Below are positions 8,442 to 18,056 of a stretch of DNA of 39,643 nucleotides, one piece after another (within the stretch, counting starts at the first letter, position 1; each line of letters starts with the position of its first letter). The position numbers and the translations under genes were made by a program. Below the pieces are notes generated by a model that did not search any database, was not told where the DNA came from, and saw only the letters and a program-made list of their open reading frames with translations. The stretch comes from an uncultured bacterium (GTDB taxonomy: Bacteria; Armatimonadota; Zipacnadia; Zipacnadales; Zipacnadaceae): positions 1 through 39,643 of the forward strand of contig CALFVE010000217.1 in NCBI GenBank assembly GCA_937928475.1, given 5' to 3'.

Positions 8442-9268
8442 TGCGAAGAATCGAGGCAGCGGAAGGGGCCTTCGTGATCGGAGGCGAGCGGCTGGCGCTA
8501 GTGGCGGGACCGTGCGTGGTGGAGGAGGCGGCCTTCACCCGTGCGCTGGCCGAGCAGATTGCCGAGATCGCAGAGGGCTTGAACATGCCCTTCTGCTTCA
8601 AGGCCTCCTACGATAAGGCCAACCGCAGCGCCCTAGCGGGAGCGCGAGGGCCGGGCTGGGAGGAAGGCCTGGCGGTGCTGGCCTCGGTCGGGGAGGCCAC
8701 GGGGCTGCCCATTCTTACCGATGTGCACGAGACCACGCAGGTTTCCGCGGCGGCCGCGGTAGCCGACATCCTGCAGATACCGGCGTTCCTGTGCCGCCAG
8801 ACCGACCTACTGCTGGCGGCGGGAGCCACAGCGAAGCCCGTCAACATCAAGAAGGGGCAGTTTGCGGCGCCCGGCGATATGAAGAACGCGGCAGAGAAGG
8901 TGGCAGCCGGCGGCAACGACCAAGTGATGTTCACGGAGCGCGGCACCACCTTCGGCTACCACAATCTGGTGGTGGACATGCGCAGCCTGCCGATCATGCG
9001 CGCCCTGGGGTACCCGGTTCTCTTCGATGCGACCCACAGCGTGCAGTTGCCGGCGGGGCAGGGCACGTGCTCGGGAGGGCAGCGGGAGTTTGTCTTCCCG
9101 CTACTGCGGGCGGCAGTCGCGGCCGGAGTGGACGGCCTGTTTCTGGAGGTGCACCCCGATCCGGACCGGGCCCCCTGCGACGGGCCGAACATGCTGCCGC
9201 TGACGGAACTGCGCCGGGTGCTGGAGACGGCGCTGCGGATACATGAGATCGTGAAGGAGGCGACCTAG
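8429..9268 (+). CDS. kdsA: 2-dehydro-3-deoxyphosphooctonate aldolase (KDO-8-phosphate synthase)
   Basis: Motifs LALVAGPCVVEE, MPFCFKASYDKANRS, LPILTDVHE, DILQIPAFLCRQTDLL, VNIKKGQF, VMFTERGTTFGY and FDATHSVQLP. The start is uncertain. TTG 8429 has GAGGA 10 nt upstream and overlaps the kdsB stop by 13 nt; GTG 8441 is the alternative. The track start at 8255 lies deep inside kdsB. Confidence 0.9.
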   Translation: MSTLVRRIEAAEGAFVIGGERLALVAGPCVVEEAAFTRALAEQIAEIAEGLNMPFCFKASYDKANRSALAGARGPGWEEGLAVLASVGEATGLPILTDVHETTQVSAAAAVADILQIPAFLCRQTDLLLAAGATAKPVNIKKGQFAAPGDMKNAAEKVAAGGNDQVMFTERGTTFGYHNLVVDMRSLPIMRALGYPVLFDATHSVQLPAGQGTCSGGQREFVFPLLRAAVAAGVDGLFLEVHPDPDRAPCDGPNMLPLTELRRVLETALRIHEIVKEAT

Positions 9269-9328
9269 GGCTCGCCCAGGTCCGGAGCGGTTGGCCTTCG
9301 GCCCAGTTTCCGGCTGCTTTTGGCGAAT

Positions 9329-10312
9329 ATGGACAGGCAAGCGGTGCTCAACCAGGCGCGGGATACCTTGCGCATAGAGGCGGAGGCGGTGGCGGCGCTG
9401 GCCGAGCGGCTGGGCGACGATTTTGTGCGGGCGGTCGGGATGCTCCTGGAGACCAAGGGGCGCGCCGTGCTGACCGGGGTCGGCAAGTCGGGAGCAGTGG
9501 CCCGCAAGTTGGCAGCGACCCTGGCCTCAACGGGAACTCCAAGCGCTTTCATGCACCCCACCGAGGCGGCGCACGGCGATTTGGGCATGGTTACCGGGGA
9601 AGATGTAGTCATCGCGCTATCGCAGAGCGGGGAAAGCGACGAGTTGAGCACCATCTTGCCCGCTATCAAGCGCCGAGGCGCGCGGCTCATCGTTATCTGT
9701 GGGAATGCGGAGTCGACCTTGGCCCGGTATGCCGATGCCTACCTCGACGCGGCCGTGGAGCAGGAGGCCTGCCCGCTGGGCCTAGCGCCGACGGCGAGCG
9801 CGGTGGCGGCGCTGGCGATGGGAGACGCGCTGGCCATGGCCACGATGGCCGCGCGGGGAGTCACCGTGGAGGAGTTCGCCGCCTGCCATCCCGCCGGGAC
9901 TCTGGGCCGCAAAGTGCTGCTGCGGGTGCAGGACATCATGCACGGAGGACCGGACAGTCCCACCGTTGCTCTGGGCGCCACGGTGCTGGAGGCCCTGATT
10001 GCTATGAGCAAGGCCTCGGTGCGCGGGGCGGTCATGGTAGTTGACGACGAGCAACGCTTGTGTGGATTCTTCACGGACGGGGATCTGCGGGTGCTGATGC
10101 AGAAGGTGCCCGACCGGCAGCGGGTGATGTCGGAGCCGATTGAGCGGGTGATGACGCGGCAGCCCACCACCTGCTCGCCGGAGATGCTGGCAGCAGAGGC
10201 AGCGCGGATCATGCAAGAGCGGGAGTTTGATAACCTGCCAGTGGTAGACGCCGAGGGGAGAGCGGTGGGCGTGCTTGACATCCAAGACCTGATCAAGGTC
10301 GGGCTGGCCTGA
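9329..10312 (+). CDS. kdsD: Arabinose-5-phosphate isomerase (KdsD/KpsF: SIS domain + CBS pair)
   Basis: SIS-domain motifs GVGKSGAVARKLAATLASTGTPSAFMHPTEAAHGDLGMV and ALSQSGESDE, followed by two CBS-like segments (VALGATVLEALIAMS...GAVMVVDDE and LPVVDAEGRAVGVLDIQDL). ATG 9329 is preferred over the in-frame TTG at 9320. Confidence 0.92.
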   Translation: MDRQAVLNQARDTLRIEAEAVAALAERLGDDFVRAVGMLLETKGRAVLTGVGKSGAVARKLAATLASTGTPSAFMHPTEAAHGDLGMVTGEDVVIALSQSGESDELSTILPAIKRRGARLIVICGNAESTLARYADAYLDAAVEQEACPLGLAPTASAVAALAMGDALAMATMAARGVTVEEFAACHPAGTLGRKVLLRVQDIMHGGPDSPTVALGATVLEALIAMSKASVRGAVMVVDDEQRLCGFFTDGDLRVLMQKVPDRQRVMSEPIERVMTRQPTTCSPEMLAAEAARIMQEREFDNLPVVDAEGRAVGVLDIQDLIKVGLA

Positions 10313-10326
10313 AGGCGAAGCCCGGC

Positions 10327-11049
10327 ATGGCCCGCCTCGTCATCCTCCATACCGCCGACCTGCACGGACGCCTCGGCCAGCGGCAGGCCCAACGGCTTAG
10401 CCAGGAGCGGCGTGAGCGCGACGCCCTGCTGCTGGACTCGGGCGATGCGGTGACGGCCCCCAACGTTTTTGTGTGGCCCTGGGCTGAGCGAGTGCTGCTG
10501 AGGATGAACGAGGCCGGCTACGGCGCCATGGCGTTGGGCAATCGCGAGTTCTTCTTCCGATGCGGGGGGCTAACTCATAAGATTGGACCGGCTCGCTTCC
10601 CCGTCTTGGCCGCCAATGTGCAAGTACAGCGAAGGTCGCCCGTACAGCCGCACACTTGGCTGGAGACGCGGCAAGGAGATCGCGTGGGAGTCATCGGCTT
10701 GGCGAGGGAGATGGTGCGGCCGGGGTCGTGGGAGGAGCGTTTCTGCAGCGTGCGGTTTGTCCCGTGGCGAGAGGTGCTCCCCAGGCTAGTCGCGGAGTTG
10801 CGACAAGAGGCTACCTGGCTGGTAGTCCTGAGTCACCTGGGCCCGGAGGCCGATGAGGAGGTGGCCCGGCTCTGCCCGGAGTTGGACCTGGTGCTGAGCG
10901 GCCATTCCCACACGCCGCAAGGGACGGTGCGGCGGATTGGTCAGACGACAATAGTGCGAACGGCGCCGTACCTGCGCGAGTTGCAGTTGATTCGGAGCCG
11001 CAGCGAGGCCTCCCCCAGCGAATTCGAGGTGGAGGCGGTGGCGTTATGA
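10327..11049 (+). CDS. Calcineurin-like metallophosphoesterase (5'-nucleotidase N-terminal-domain type, 240 aa)
   Basis: Metallophosphatase motif series HTADLHG ... DSGD ... GNREF ... LSHLG ... SGHSH. The gene starts 14 nt after kdsD, and its stop overlaps the coaX start (ATGA at 11046-11049). Confidence 0.8.
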   Translation: MARLVILHTADLHGRLGQRQAQRLSQERRERDALLLDSGDAVTAPNVFVWPWAERVLLRMNEAGYGAMALGNREFFFRCGGLTHKIGPARFPVLAANVQVQRRSPVQPHTWLETRQGDRVGVIGLAREMVRPGSWEERFCSVRFVPWREVLPRLVAELRQEATWLVVLSHLGPEADEEVARLCPELDLVLSGHSHTPQGTVRRIGQTTIVRTAPYLRELQLIRSRSEASPSEFEVEAVAL

Positions 11050-11819
11050 GCCAGGGCCGCCTGTACCTGAACCTGGGTAACAGCAGCGTGCAGTGGGGCT
11101 GGTGGGAGGGCGAAGAGTGGACGGCCACAGGACGCATCAAGGCCGAAGAGCCGAAAACTGTGGCGGAGGAGATGCGGGAGGCCTTGAGGCTAGCCCTTCC
11201 CACCAGAGCAAGGCCGCAAAGCGTCGCCGGCTGTGCCAGCCGGGGGGAGGTAGGCTCGTGGCGCGTTGCCTTCGAGAGGGCCTTCGGTCAGCCGCTGCTG
11301 TTGTTGGGAACTGATTTTCGGGTAGAGCTTGCGACCTGCTACCGTCACCCTGAGCAGTTGGGAGCAGACCGGGTAGCGAACGTGCTGGCGGCGCGGCAGG
11401 CGGGGCTTCCGCCATGCCTGGTCCTGGACGCGGGGACGTGCCTGACCGCGGACGTGGTGGACGCGAGCGGTCGCCATTTGGGGGGAGTGATCGCGGCCGG
11501 GCTGCCGGCGCTGAAGGCGGGAATTCTTGAGCGCGCGCCGCACCTGGGGCTGTTCCTGTCGGGACTGGCAGAGGCACCCCAGGTCTGGGGACGGGACACC
11601 GCGGAGAACCTGAGTCTGGGGCTGTCATTGGGGTTGCTGGGCACGGCCCGGGCCCTGGTGGAGCGGTACCGGGAGATGACAGAGGGAGTGGGGAGAGTTA
11701 TACTGACAGGCGGAGACGCCGACCGGCTGGCAGAGGGACTGCGCGGGGCGGGCGAGGTGCTACCCCTGCTTACCCTGGAGGGCGTGCGCCTGGCCTATGA
11801 GAAGAGTCTGGTGCGGTAG
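11046..11819 (+). CDS. coaX: Type III pantothenate kinase
   Basis: LYLNLGNSSVQWG (phosphate-1 type DxGNT-like), EQLGADRVANVLAA, LVLDAGTCLTADVV, GGVIAAGL and ILTGGDA match CoaX motif order. Confidence 0.85.
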   Translation: MSQGRLYLNLGNSSVQWGWWEGEEWTATGRIKAEEPKTVAEEMREALRLALPTRARPQSVAGCASRGEVGSWRVAFERAFGQPLLLLGTDFRVELATCYRHPEQLGADRVANVLAARQAGLPPCLVLDAGTCLTADVVDASGRHLGGVIAAGLPALKAGILERAPHLGLFLSGLAEAPQVWGRDTAENLSLGLSLGLLGTARALVERYREMTEGVGRVILTGGDADRLAEGLRGAGEVLPLLTLEGVRLAYEKSLVR

Positions 11820-11821
11820 GC

Positions 11822-12874
11822 ATGGCGAGGCCGCTGCTAATCGGCGCTGTGCGCGTGGACCCGCCTCTGGCGTTGGCCCCAATGTCAGGCTACACCTCGC
11901 TGCCGATGCGCCTGCTGTGCCGCCGGGCCGGAGCGGGGATCGTCTACAGTGAGTTGCTGTCGGCCACCGGCTTACACTACGGCAGCCGGCGGACGACGGA
12001 AATGATGGCCACCTGCGCGGGGGAGCATCCGGTGGGGATCCAGATTTTCGGTAGTGATCCCGACTGGATGGCAGCGGCAGCCGAGGCGGCGGTGGCCCGG
12101 GGCGCCGATGTGGTGGACATCAACATGGGCTGTGCCGTGCCCAAGGTGATGAAGACGGGAGCCGGCGCGGCGCTCCTGGGGGACCCGGACCGTGCCGTGG
12201 CCATCGTGGAGGCGGTATCTCAGCGGATTGAGCGACCAGTGACGGTGAAGATGCGGGCCGGCCTGCGCGAGGGAGACCGCAGTTGGCTGAGCCTGGCCGT
12301 GCGGCTGGTCGAGGCGGGCGCCGCTGCGATTTGTCTGCACGGGCGTACGGCAGCCCAGCGTTTCCGGGGGCAAGCCGACTGGGGGGCCATTGCCGCCCTG
12401 GTACGCGAAGTTCGGGCGCCGGTGATCGGGAATGGGGACGTGGATAGCCCCCAGGCGGCCCGACGGATGCGCGAGGAAACGGGCTGCGCGGGAGTGATGA
12501 TCGGTCGCGCCGCGTTGGGCAACCCCTGGATCTTCGCGCAGGCGGCCGCGGAGCTGCGAGGGAAGGTTCCGCCCCGCGACCCCACGCCGCGGGAGCGGGT
12601 GGCAATAGCGCTGTGTCATCTGGGGATGCTGGCTGCGGAGCAGGAAGAGCGGCGGGCGGTGCTGGAACTGCGCCCGGTGCTCGCTAGGTACCTGCAGGGC
12701 CTGCCCGGTGCCCGGCAACTGCGGACGGGGATCATGAGAGCGACCGCCGTGCGCGAGGTGCGCGACTTGCTGCTCGGTTTTGCCCGAGGGCTGGAGCCGA
12801 TTCCGGAGTCCGAGGGGGCGGGGGATTATGCGGCATATCCTCAGCGTCAGCCTGGGGTCATCGAAGCGGGATAA
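11822..12874 (+). CDS. dus: tRNA-dihydrouridine synthase
   Basis: LALAPMSGYTSLPMRLLCRRAG, VGIQIFGSDP, VDINMGCAVPKVMKTGAGAALL, VTVKMRAG, ICLHGRTAAQRFRG, GNGDV and VMIGRAALGNPWIF. Confidence 0.9.
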   Translation: MARPLLIGAVRVDPPLALAPMSGYTSLPMRLLCRRAGAGIVYSELLSATGLHYGSRRTTEMMATCAGEHPVGIQIFGSDPDWMAAAAEAAVARGADVVDINMGCAVPKVMKTGAGAALLGDPDRAVAIVEAVSQRIERPVTVKMRAGLREGDRSWLSLAVRLVEAGAAAICLHGRTAAQRFRGQADWGAIAALVREVRAPVIGNGDVDSPQAARRMREETGCAGVMIGRAALGNPWIFAQAAAELRGKVPPRDPTPRERVAIALCHLGMLAAEQEERRAVLELRPVLARYLQGLPGARQLRTGIMRATAVREVRDLLLGFARGLEPIPESEGAGDYAAYPQRQPGVIEAG

Positions 12875-13745
12875 AGTTGCGCACACCAGCGTGCTCGGCG
12901 AGGACTTCCTCCTGGAGCGGCGGGGGACGGATGGGGACTTGGCCCGATTGGGCAGGCTGATGGTCGAGCACGACGGCAGGGTAGACGCGCTCTGTCTGGG
13001 CGGAACCAATCTGGGGCTGCACTGGAAAGGCCGGTTCTACCCCTTTCGGGAGATTGAGCACATCACCCGACAGATCCGGCACACGCCGGTGGCGGACGGA
13101 GCGGGGGTCAAGAACACCCTGGAGCGGGAGACTATCCGGCTCCTGCAGGAGCAGGGGGTAGTAGATTTCTCTCGGGCCAAAGTCTTTTTGGTATGCGCGA
13201 CGGATCGGTTTGGGATGGCGGAAGCCCTCGCCGAGCAGGGGTCTCAGATGGTGATTGGGGACCTTATGTTCAATGTCGGACTGCCCGTGCCTATTCACAG
13301 CACGCGCACAGTGGACATACTCGCGCCGCTGGCACTGCCGCTGTTGCGCCGGCTGCCTTTCCGCTGGCTATACCCGACCGGCGGGGCGCAGGACGTGATC
13401 AGGCCGAAGTATGAAAGGTATTACCGGTGGGCAGAGGTCATCGCCGGGGACTTCTTGCTGATCCGCAAGCACCTACCGGATGACCTACGCGGCAAGATCA
13501 TTATCACTAACACAACCAACGAAGAGGACGTGGAACAGTTGCGACGCCGAGGGGTGCGGCTGCTGATCACGACCACGCCGGTCGTGGAAGGGCGGAGTTT
13601 CGGGACGAACGTGCTGGAGGGGATCTTCGCGGTGCTGCTCGGGCGTCGGCCTGAGGAGATTAGCGCCGAGGAGTATTTAGACCTGGCCCGGCGGATAGGC
13701 TGGGCACCGGTTATCCGCGACCTTGCTGCTGGGCTCGGAGCGTGA
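12828..13745 (+). CDS. Uncharacterised protein of the family often auto-annotated 'quinate 5-dehydrogenase' (SxGSSKRD N-terminus)
   Basis: ATG 12828 has GAGGGGGCGGGGG upstream. The N-terminus is MRHILSVSLGSSKRDKVAHTSVLGEDFLLERRGTDGDL, followed by PVADGAGVKNTLERETI and a C-terminal TTTPVVEGRSFGTNVLEG. I recall this family from Firmicutes genomes, but no biochemical function is known to me. It overlaps the dus 3' end by 47 nt. Confidence 0.7.
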   Translation: MRHILSVSLGSSKRDKVAHTSVLGEDFLLERRGTDGDLARLGRLMVEHDGRVDALCLGGTNLGLHWKGRFYPFREIEHITRQIRHTPVADGAGVKNTLERETIRLLQEQGVVDFSRAKVFLVCATDRFGMAEALAEQGSQMVIGDLMFNVGLPVPIHSTRTVDILAPLALPLLRRLPFRWLYPTGGAQDVIRPKYERYYRWAEVIAGDFLLIRKHLPDDLRGKIIITNTTNEEDVEQLRRRGVRLLITTTPVVEGRSFGTNVLEGIFAVLLGRRPEEISAEEYLDLARRIGWAPVIRDLAAGLGA

Positions 13746-13755
13746 GGGAGCCAAC

Positions 13756-14826
13756 TTGCACCGCTTTGCTTTCATTATTCATCCGCTGAGCGTGGCCGAT
13801 GTGGCGCGCAAGCCGAAGTACCGAGTGGCCCGCTGCCTGCCGGAGTCCTGGGTGGAGGCGGGCCTGCGCTTTGTTAAGCCGCAGGTGCTTAGCGAGATCA
13901 CCGGGATTCGCTCCGTCACCGGCGCCGAGACGAGCGGGTGGTTCATCGGGTGCCCGCTGACCGCACGGCAGCTGGTCCAGGGCAACGTCAAGCGCAACCT
14001 GAGCACGATCATCGCCTGCGGGCGGCTGGCGGAGGAGCAGGGCGCGGAGATCGTGGGCCTGGGGGCCTTCACTTCGGTGGTAGGAGATGCAGGCATCACC
14101 GTGGCCCAGGCGCTGGACATCGGGGTCACCACCGGGAACAGTTACACAGTGGCCACGGCGGTGGAGGGAGCCCTGAAGGCGGCGGAGATGGTGGGCATCG
14201 TGCCGGCCCAGGCTCGCGCCGCCGTGCTAGGCGCCACGGGCTCGATCGGGAAGGTCTGCGCTCGGCTCCTGGCGCCGCAGGTGGGGGCGCTCACCTTGGC
14301 CGCGCGGCGCCAGGCAGAGTTGAATGGCCTGGCGGGCCAGCTGACGGGCCTAGGAGCCGTGGTGGACGTCACTACCGAGGTCAACCAGGCGCTTCATGAT
14401 GCCGACCTGGTGATTGCGGTCACGGCGGCGGTGGACGCCATCGTGCAGCCGGAGATGCTCAAGCCCGGCTCGGTGGTCTGCGATGTGGCGCGACCGCGAG
14501 ACGTCAGCCGCAAGGTTGCTGAGCAGCGACAAGATGTGCTAGTGATTGAGGGCGGGGCCGTGGAGGTTCCCGGGGAGGTGCAGTTCAACTTCGACTTCGG
14601 CTTCCCGCCCCGTACCGCCTATGCCTGCATGGCGGAGACGATGATCTTGGCCTTGGAAGGGCGCACCGGCGACTACTCCCTGGGGCGCGATATCAGCCTG
14701 GAGCAGGTAGAGGAGATCAGCGGACTGGCTCGCAAGCACGGCTTCCGGCTAGCGGGGTTCCGCTCCTTCGAGCGTACGGTGACGGAGGAGCAAATCGCAC
14801 GGGTGCGGGAGGCAGCCGGCCGGTAG
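13756..14826 (+). CDS. NAD(P)-dependent reductase resembling cyanobacterial long-chain acyl-ACP reductase (AAR); often auto-annotated shikimate/quinate dehydrogenase-like
   Basis: Segments that match my memory of AAR: FAFIIHPLS, GLGAFTSVVGDAG, TTGNSYTVATAV, AAVLGATGSIGKVCARLL and AYACMAETMILALEGRTGDYSLGRDISLEQVEEISGLARKHGF. TTG 13756 has GAGGGAG 5-6 nt upstream and is preferred. The in-frame ATG at 13723 overlaps the upstream gene and is the alternative. Confidence 0.72.
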   Translation: MHRFAFIIHPLSVADVARKPKYRVARCLPESWVEAGLRFVKPQVLSEITGIRSVTGAETSGWFIGCPLTARQLVQGNVKRNLSTIIACGRLAEEQGAEIVGLGAFTSVVGDAGITVAQALDIGVTTGNSYTVATAVEGALKAAEMVGIVPAQARAAVLGATGSIGKVCARLLAPQVGALTLAARRQAELNGLAGQLTGLGAVVDVTTEVNQALHDADLVIAVTAAVDAIVQPEMLKPGSVVCDVARPRDVSRKVAEQRQDVLVIEGGAVEVPGEVQFNFDFGFPPRTAYACMAETMILALEGRTGDYSLGRDISLEQVEEISGLARKHGFRLAGFRSFERTVTEEQIARVREAAGR

Positions 14827-14902
14827 GCGGTGGGCGCAGCATCTGGTCGCATTGGGGGTACGACGGGCAGGCCGCCCGTCGTCTCCGTACCGAGGTGAGG
14901 CG

Positions 14903-16372
14903 ATGGAGATCCCCGATCAAGAAAGGGTGCGCCGGGAGAAACTCGAGCGCCTGCGCGCGGCAGGACGCGATCCGTTCCTCCAGCACGGCTACCCACGCAC
15001 ACACAGCGCCCGGGAATTGGAGAAGCACGCCGAGGCTCTGCTGGGCCAGCAGGCAGCGGTGTGCGGACGCCTCCAGGCCCGGCGCGGGCACGGCAAGGCG
15101 ATCTTCGCCGACCTGGTTGACGAGAGCGGGCGCATCCAAGTGTACGCGCGGCTGGATGATCTCGGCGAGGAGCAGTTTGCGGCTTTCGATGATCTCGACC
15201 TGGGAGACATCATCGGCGCCAGGGGAGAGGTTTTCCGCACGCGCACCGGGGAATTGACGGTGCGAGTGAGTGAATTTGCCCTGCTGGCAAAAGCCCTGCG
15301 TCCCCTACCTGAGAAGTTCCACGGTTTGCACGACCCCGAGATTCGCTACCGCCAGCGGTATTTGGACTTGATCGCGCAGCCGCAGGTGCGGGAGGTCTTT
15401 CGGGCGCGGGCAGCGCTGATCCAGGCCTTCCGGAGCTACCTGTGCGAGCGAGGGTTCCTGGAGGTAGAGACCCCCATCTTGCAACCCCTCTACGGGGGCG
15501 CGGCCGCACGGCCTTTCACCACCCACCACAACGCGCTGGACATGAATCTGTACCTGCGCATCGCGCCGGAATTGTATCTCAAGCGGCTGTTGGTGGGGGG
15601 CTTCGAGCGGGTCTTCGAGATCGGGCGGATGTTTCGCAACGAGGGGATTGACACCCGCCACAATCCCGAGTTCACCATGATCGAAGTCTATCAGGCCTAC
15701 ACCGACGCGAACGGGATGATGGAGCTGGTGGAGGGACTGGTCGGCGCGGCTTGCCAGGCCCTGCATGGGAGCCTCAAGTTTACCTACCGGGGCAACCAGA
15801 TTGACGTGACTCCGCCCTGGCGTCGGGTGCCCCTGCTGGAGGCAATCCGCGCAGCCTCGGGGCTGGACTTTGCGACGATTCCGGACGCCGCCACGGCCAG
15901 GCAAGCAGTCGCGGAGCGGAACCTCGACATTGGAAATACCGCGGCTCTGGGTCTGTGGGAGATCGCGGACAAAGTCTTTGACCGCTATGTCCAGCCTGCG
16001 CTCGTGCAGCCGACTTTCGTTACTGACTACCCGGTCGCTATCTCGCCGCTGGCCAAGCGCAAGCCTGATAACCCTGAACTGACGGCACGCTTTGAGCCTT
16101 TCCTAGGAGGCGAGGAAATTGGGAACGCCTTCAGCGAACTGAACGACCCCGACGAGCAGCGGGCGCGGTTCGAGCAGCAAGTGCGGGCCCGGCAGGAGGG
16201 GGACCTGGAGGCCCACCCCATGGACGAAGACTACATCACCGCCTTGGAATACGGGATGCCGCCGGCCGGGGGCTTGGGCCTAGGGATTGACCGACTGACC
16301 ATGGTGCTCACGGATCAGCCCAACCTGCGCGAAGTCATTCTGTTCCCTCTCCTCCGCCCGCTGAGTGAGTAG
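14903..16372 (+). CDS. lysS: Lysine--tRNA ligase, class II
   Basis: ATG 14903 has GAGGTGAGG upstream. OB-fold N-domain ([27 protein letters not shown]). [13 protein letters not shown], class II motifs [10 protein letters not shown] and [17 protein letters not shown], and [14 protein letters not shown]. Confidence 0.95.
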   Translation: MEIPDQERVRREKLERLRAAGRDPFLQHGYPRTHSARELEKHAEALLGQQAAVCGRLQARRGHGKAIFADLVDESGRIQVYARLDDLGEEQFAAFDDLDLGDIIGARGEVFRTRTGELTVRVSEFALLAKALRPLPEKFHGLHDPEIRYRQRYLDLIAQPQVREVFRARAALIQAFRSYLCERGFLEVETPILQPLYGGAAARPFTTHHNALDMNLYLRIAPELYLKRLLVGGFERVFEIGRMFRNEGIDTRHNPEFTMIEVYQAYTDANGMMELVEGLVGAACQALHGSLKFTYRGNQIDVTPPWRRVPLLEAIRAASGLDFATIPDAATARQAVAERNLDIGNTAALGLWEIADKVFDRYVQPALVQPTFVTDYPVAISPLAKRKPDNPELTARFEPFLGGEEIGNAFSELNDPDEQRARFEQQVRARQEGDLEAHPMDEDYITALEYGMPPAGGLGLGIDRLTMVLTDQPNLREVILFPLLRPLSE

Positions 16373-18056
16373 TCGGGGCGAGCCGCGGAGTCTCGCCGCA
16401 GGGCGTCAGGCGCAACTCTGGGAGGGCCGCCGACCGGACGCACGTGACGTAGCGGCCAAAGTTGCAGACCGGCGCGAAGGTACGACGGAGGTAATCGTCG
16501 AGGAGCGGAGAGTCCGGAGGGCCGACGTGCTCGTGGGGAGGGAGAGGCATGTCGGCCAGCACCACAAAGCGGACTGCCTTCGACTCGAGTTCTCTGATGA
16601 TCTCCTCCTGGATGGGGCGGGTGGTGGCGATTCCAGGGTGCAGTTCGTAGTAGCGCGTGGCAGGCGGGCGGCCCGAGAGGAAGTAGAAGAGGGCATCGTT
16701 GATGAAAATGCGGTCGTGACGGAAGTTGCCCACGAAGATCGGCTCGTCTGGGGGAACGTTGCGCTGAATCCAGAGCAGGGCGTCCTGGTAGCCAACCTCC
16801 TCCGGCCCCAGGCAAATGCCCCGGGCTCGTTCCACCTGAAAGCGAGGCAGCAGCGGGCCAGCCAGGCGATTGAGGAGCAGGTGAGTGCGGGTCCAGACCG
16901 GATGGAAGAGGAGCAAACCCACGATGGCAATGGCGCCGGCGGTCAGCGCCCGGCGTCGGGGGGAGCCTGTAGGGAGAAGCGCGGTCAGATCTTGAACGAT
17001 CGCGGCGAGGAGGAGAGCGCAGGGCAGGGCGGTTGCCAGCAAGTGGCCCTGGTCATGCCGTACCAAGGCATGTAGAAAATACAGCACGCTAACCGCCAGG
17101 AGCAGGAGGAAACGCCAGGGGCGGGTCTGCTGCCAGTCCAGCCGGCGGGTGCGGGTAGCAGCCACTAGCCAAGCGAGCGCAACCAACCACACGGCAAAGG
17201 GAAAGTAGAAAGGAAAGGTGCCCAGGAGATCGCGAACCACGCTGCGCAGGTCGCCGGCACCGGCTAGGGCCGAGCGCAGCACAGACAGCGGGCAGGGGTA
17301 GGGCACGCCGCGCACCCGCGGGTAGATGCGTAGGGGAAAGTCCACAAAGTCATAGCGCAGGATCGGTAGGGGAACCTTGACCAGAAAAATAACTACGACG
17401 GGAGCGACGACCAGGGCGAACCCGAGCAGATAAGCGCCCAGTCCTTGCCTGAGGAGATAGGTCAAACGCCCGAGCAGGGGGCGGCCCCGGTTTGTTTGCC
17501 GCCAGAGAAAGTCGCCCACGACAAGGGAGTGCGAAAGCAAGGTGTACACACCCAAGTCATGGCGGAACAGCGCCGTCAGGCCGGCCAGCAGGCCGGCGGC
17601 GAGCGACCAGGCTCGCTGTCGGGTCCCCAGGAAATTAAGCCAGCAGAGATAACTGCCCAGGGCGCACAGGAGGCTGGTGCCCAGATTGCCGGCGGCGACA
17701 GGCAAACCCACCCAGGCCAGCCCGACGGCCCAGGCGGCGTAGGACCACTTATGCGCCTCCAGCCGTCGGGCTAAGTGATAGACCAGGGTAAGAAGCAGGG
17801 CCATCACCAGCGTGGCGAAGAGGCGCTCCGCCCAGAGGGAGGCACCGAAAAGGCGGAAGACGGCTGCCAGCGCGTAATACTGGCCCGGCGCATAGTTGGA
17901 CCAGAAGTCGCGATGGGGCATGCCGCCAGCCAGCACGACCATCGCGCCGGTAGTGACCAGGCCTTCGTCATAGTGGCTCAGGCCGGAGTCCACGCCGATC
18001 AGCAGGTAGGCCAGGGTCACGAGAAATAGCAAGATAACCGCGGTCCGGGTGAGCAT
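16335..18056 (-). CDS. GT-C fold polyprenyl-phosphate-sugar-dependent glycosyltransferase (GT39/GT83, PMT_2/ArnT-like), with a C-terminal periplasmic domain
   Basis: ATG 18056 (MLTRTAVILLFLVTLAYLLIG) has GGAGAGGAAA upstream. The first-loop acidic motif is LSHYDEGLVTTGAMVVL, followed by PHRDFWSNYAPGQYY. There are about 11-13 hydrophobic helices, then a ~170-aa soluble C-terminal region. The 3' end overlaps the lysS 3' end convergently by 38 nt. Confidence 0.8.
   Translation of the reverse strand: MLTRTAVILLFLVTLAYLLIGVDSGLSHYDEGLVTTGAMVVLAGGMPHRDFWSNYAPGQYYALAAVFRLFGASLWAERLFATLVMALLLTLVYHLARRLEAHKWSYAAWAVGLAWVGLPVAAGNLGTSLLCALGSYLCWLNFLGTRQRAWSLAAGLLAGLTALFRHDLGVYTLLSHSLVVGDFLWRQTNRGRPLLGRLTYLLRQGLGAYLLGFALVVAPVVVIFLVKVPLPILRYDFVDFPLRIYPRVRGVPYPCPLSVLRSALAGAGDLRSVVRDLLGTFPFYFPFAVWLVALAWLVAATRTRRLDWQQTRPWRFLLLLAVSVLYFLHALVRHDQGHLLATALPCALLLAAIVQDLTALLPTGSPRRRALTAGAIAIVGLLLFHPVWTRTHLLLNRLAGPLLPRFQVERARGICLGPEEVGYQDALLWIQRNVPPDEPIFVGNFRHDRIFINDALFYFLSGRPPATRYYELHPGIATTRPIQEEIIRELESKAVRFVVLADMPLPPHEHVGPPDSPLLDDYLRRTFAPVCNFGRYVTCVRSAALPELRLTPCGETPRLAPTTHSAGGGEGTE

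Noticed and set aside
11972-13009. 345-aa minus-strand ORF antisense to dus
   Set aside because: Pro/Arg/Gly/His-rich junk translation. The plus strand has full Dus motifs.
16335-16372. 38-nt convergent overlap of the lysS and GT-C gene 3' ends
   Set aside because: The overlap involves only the compositionally odd last ~12 residues of the GT-C ORF. It is probably a tolerated tail extension, not a regulatory feature.
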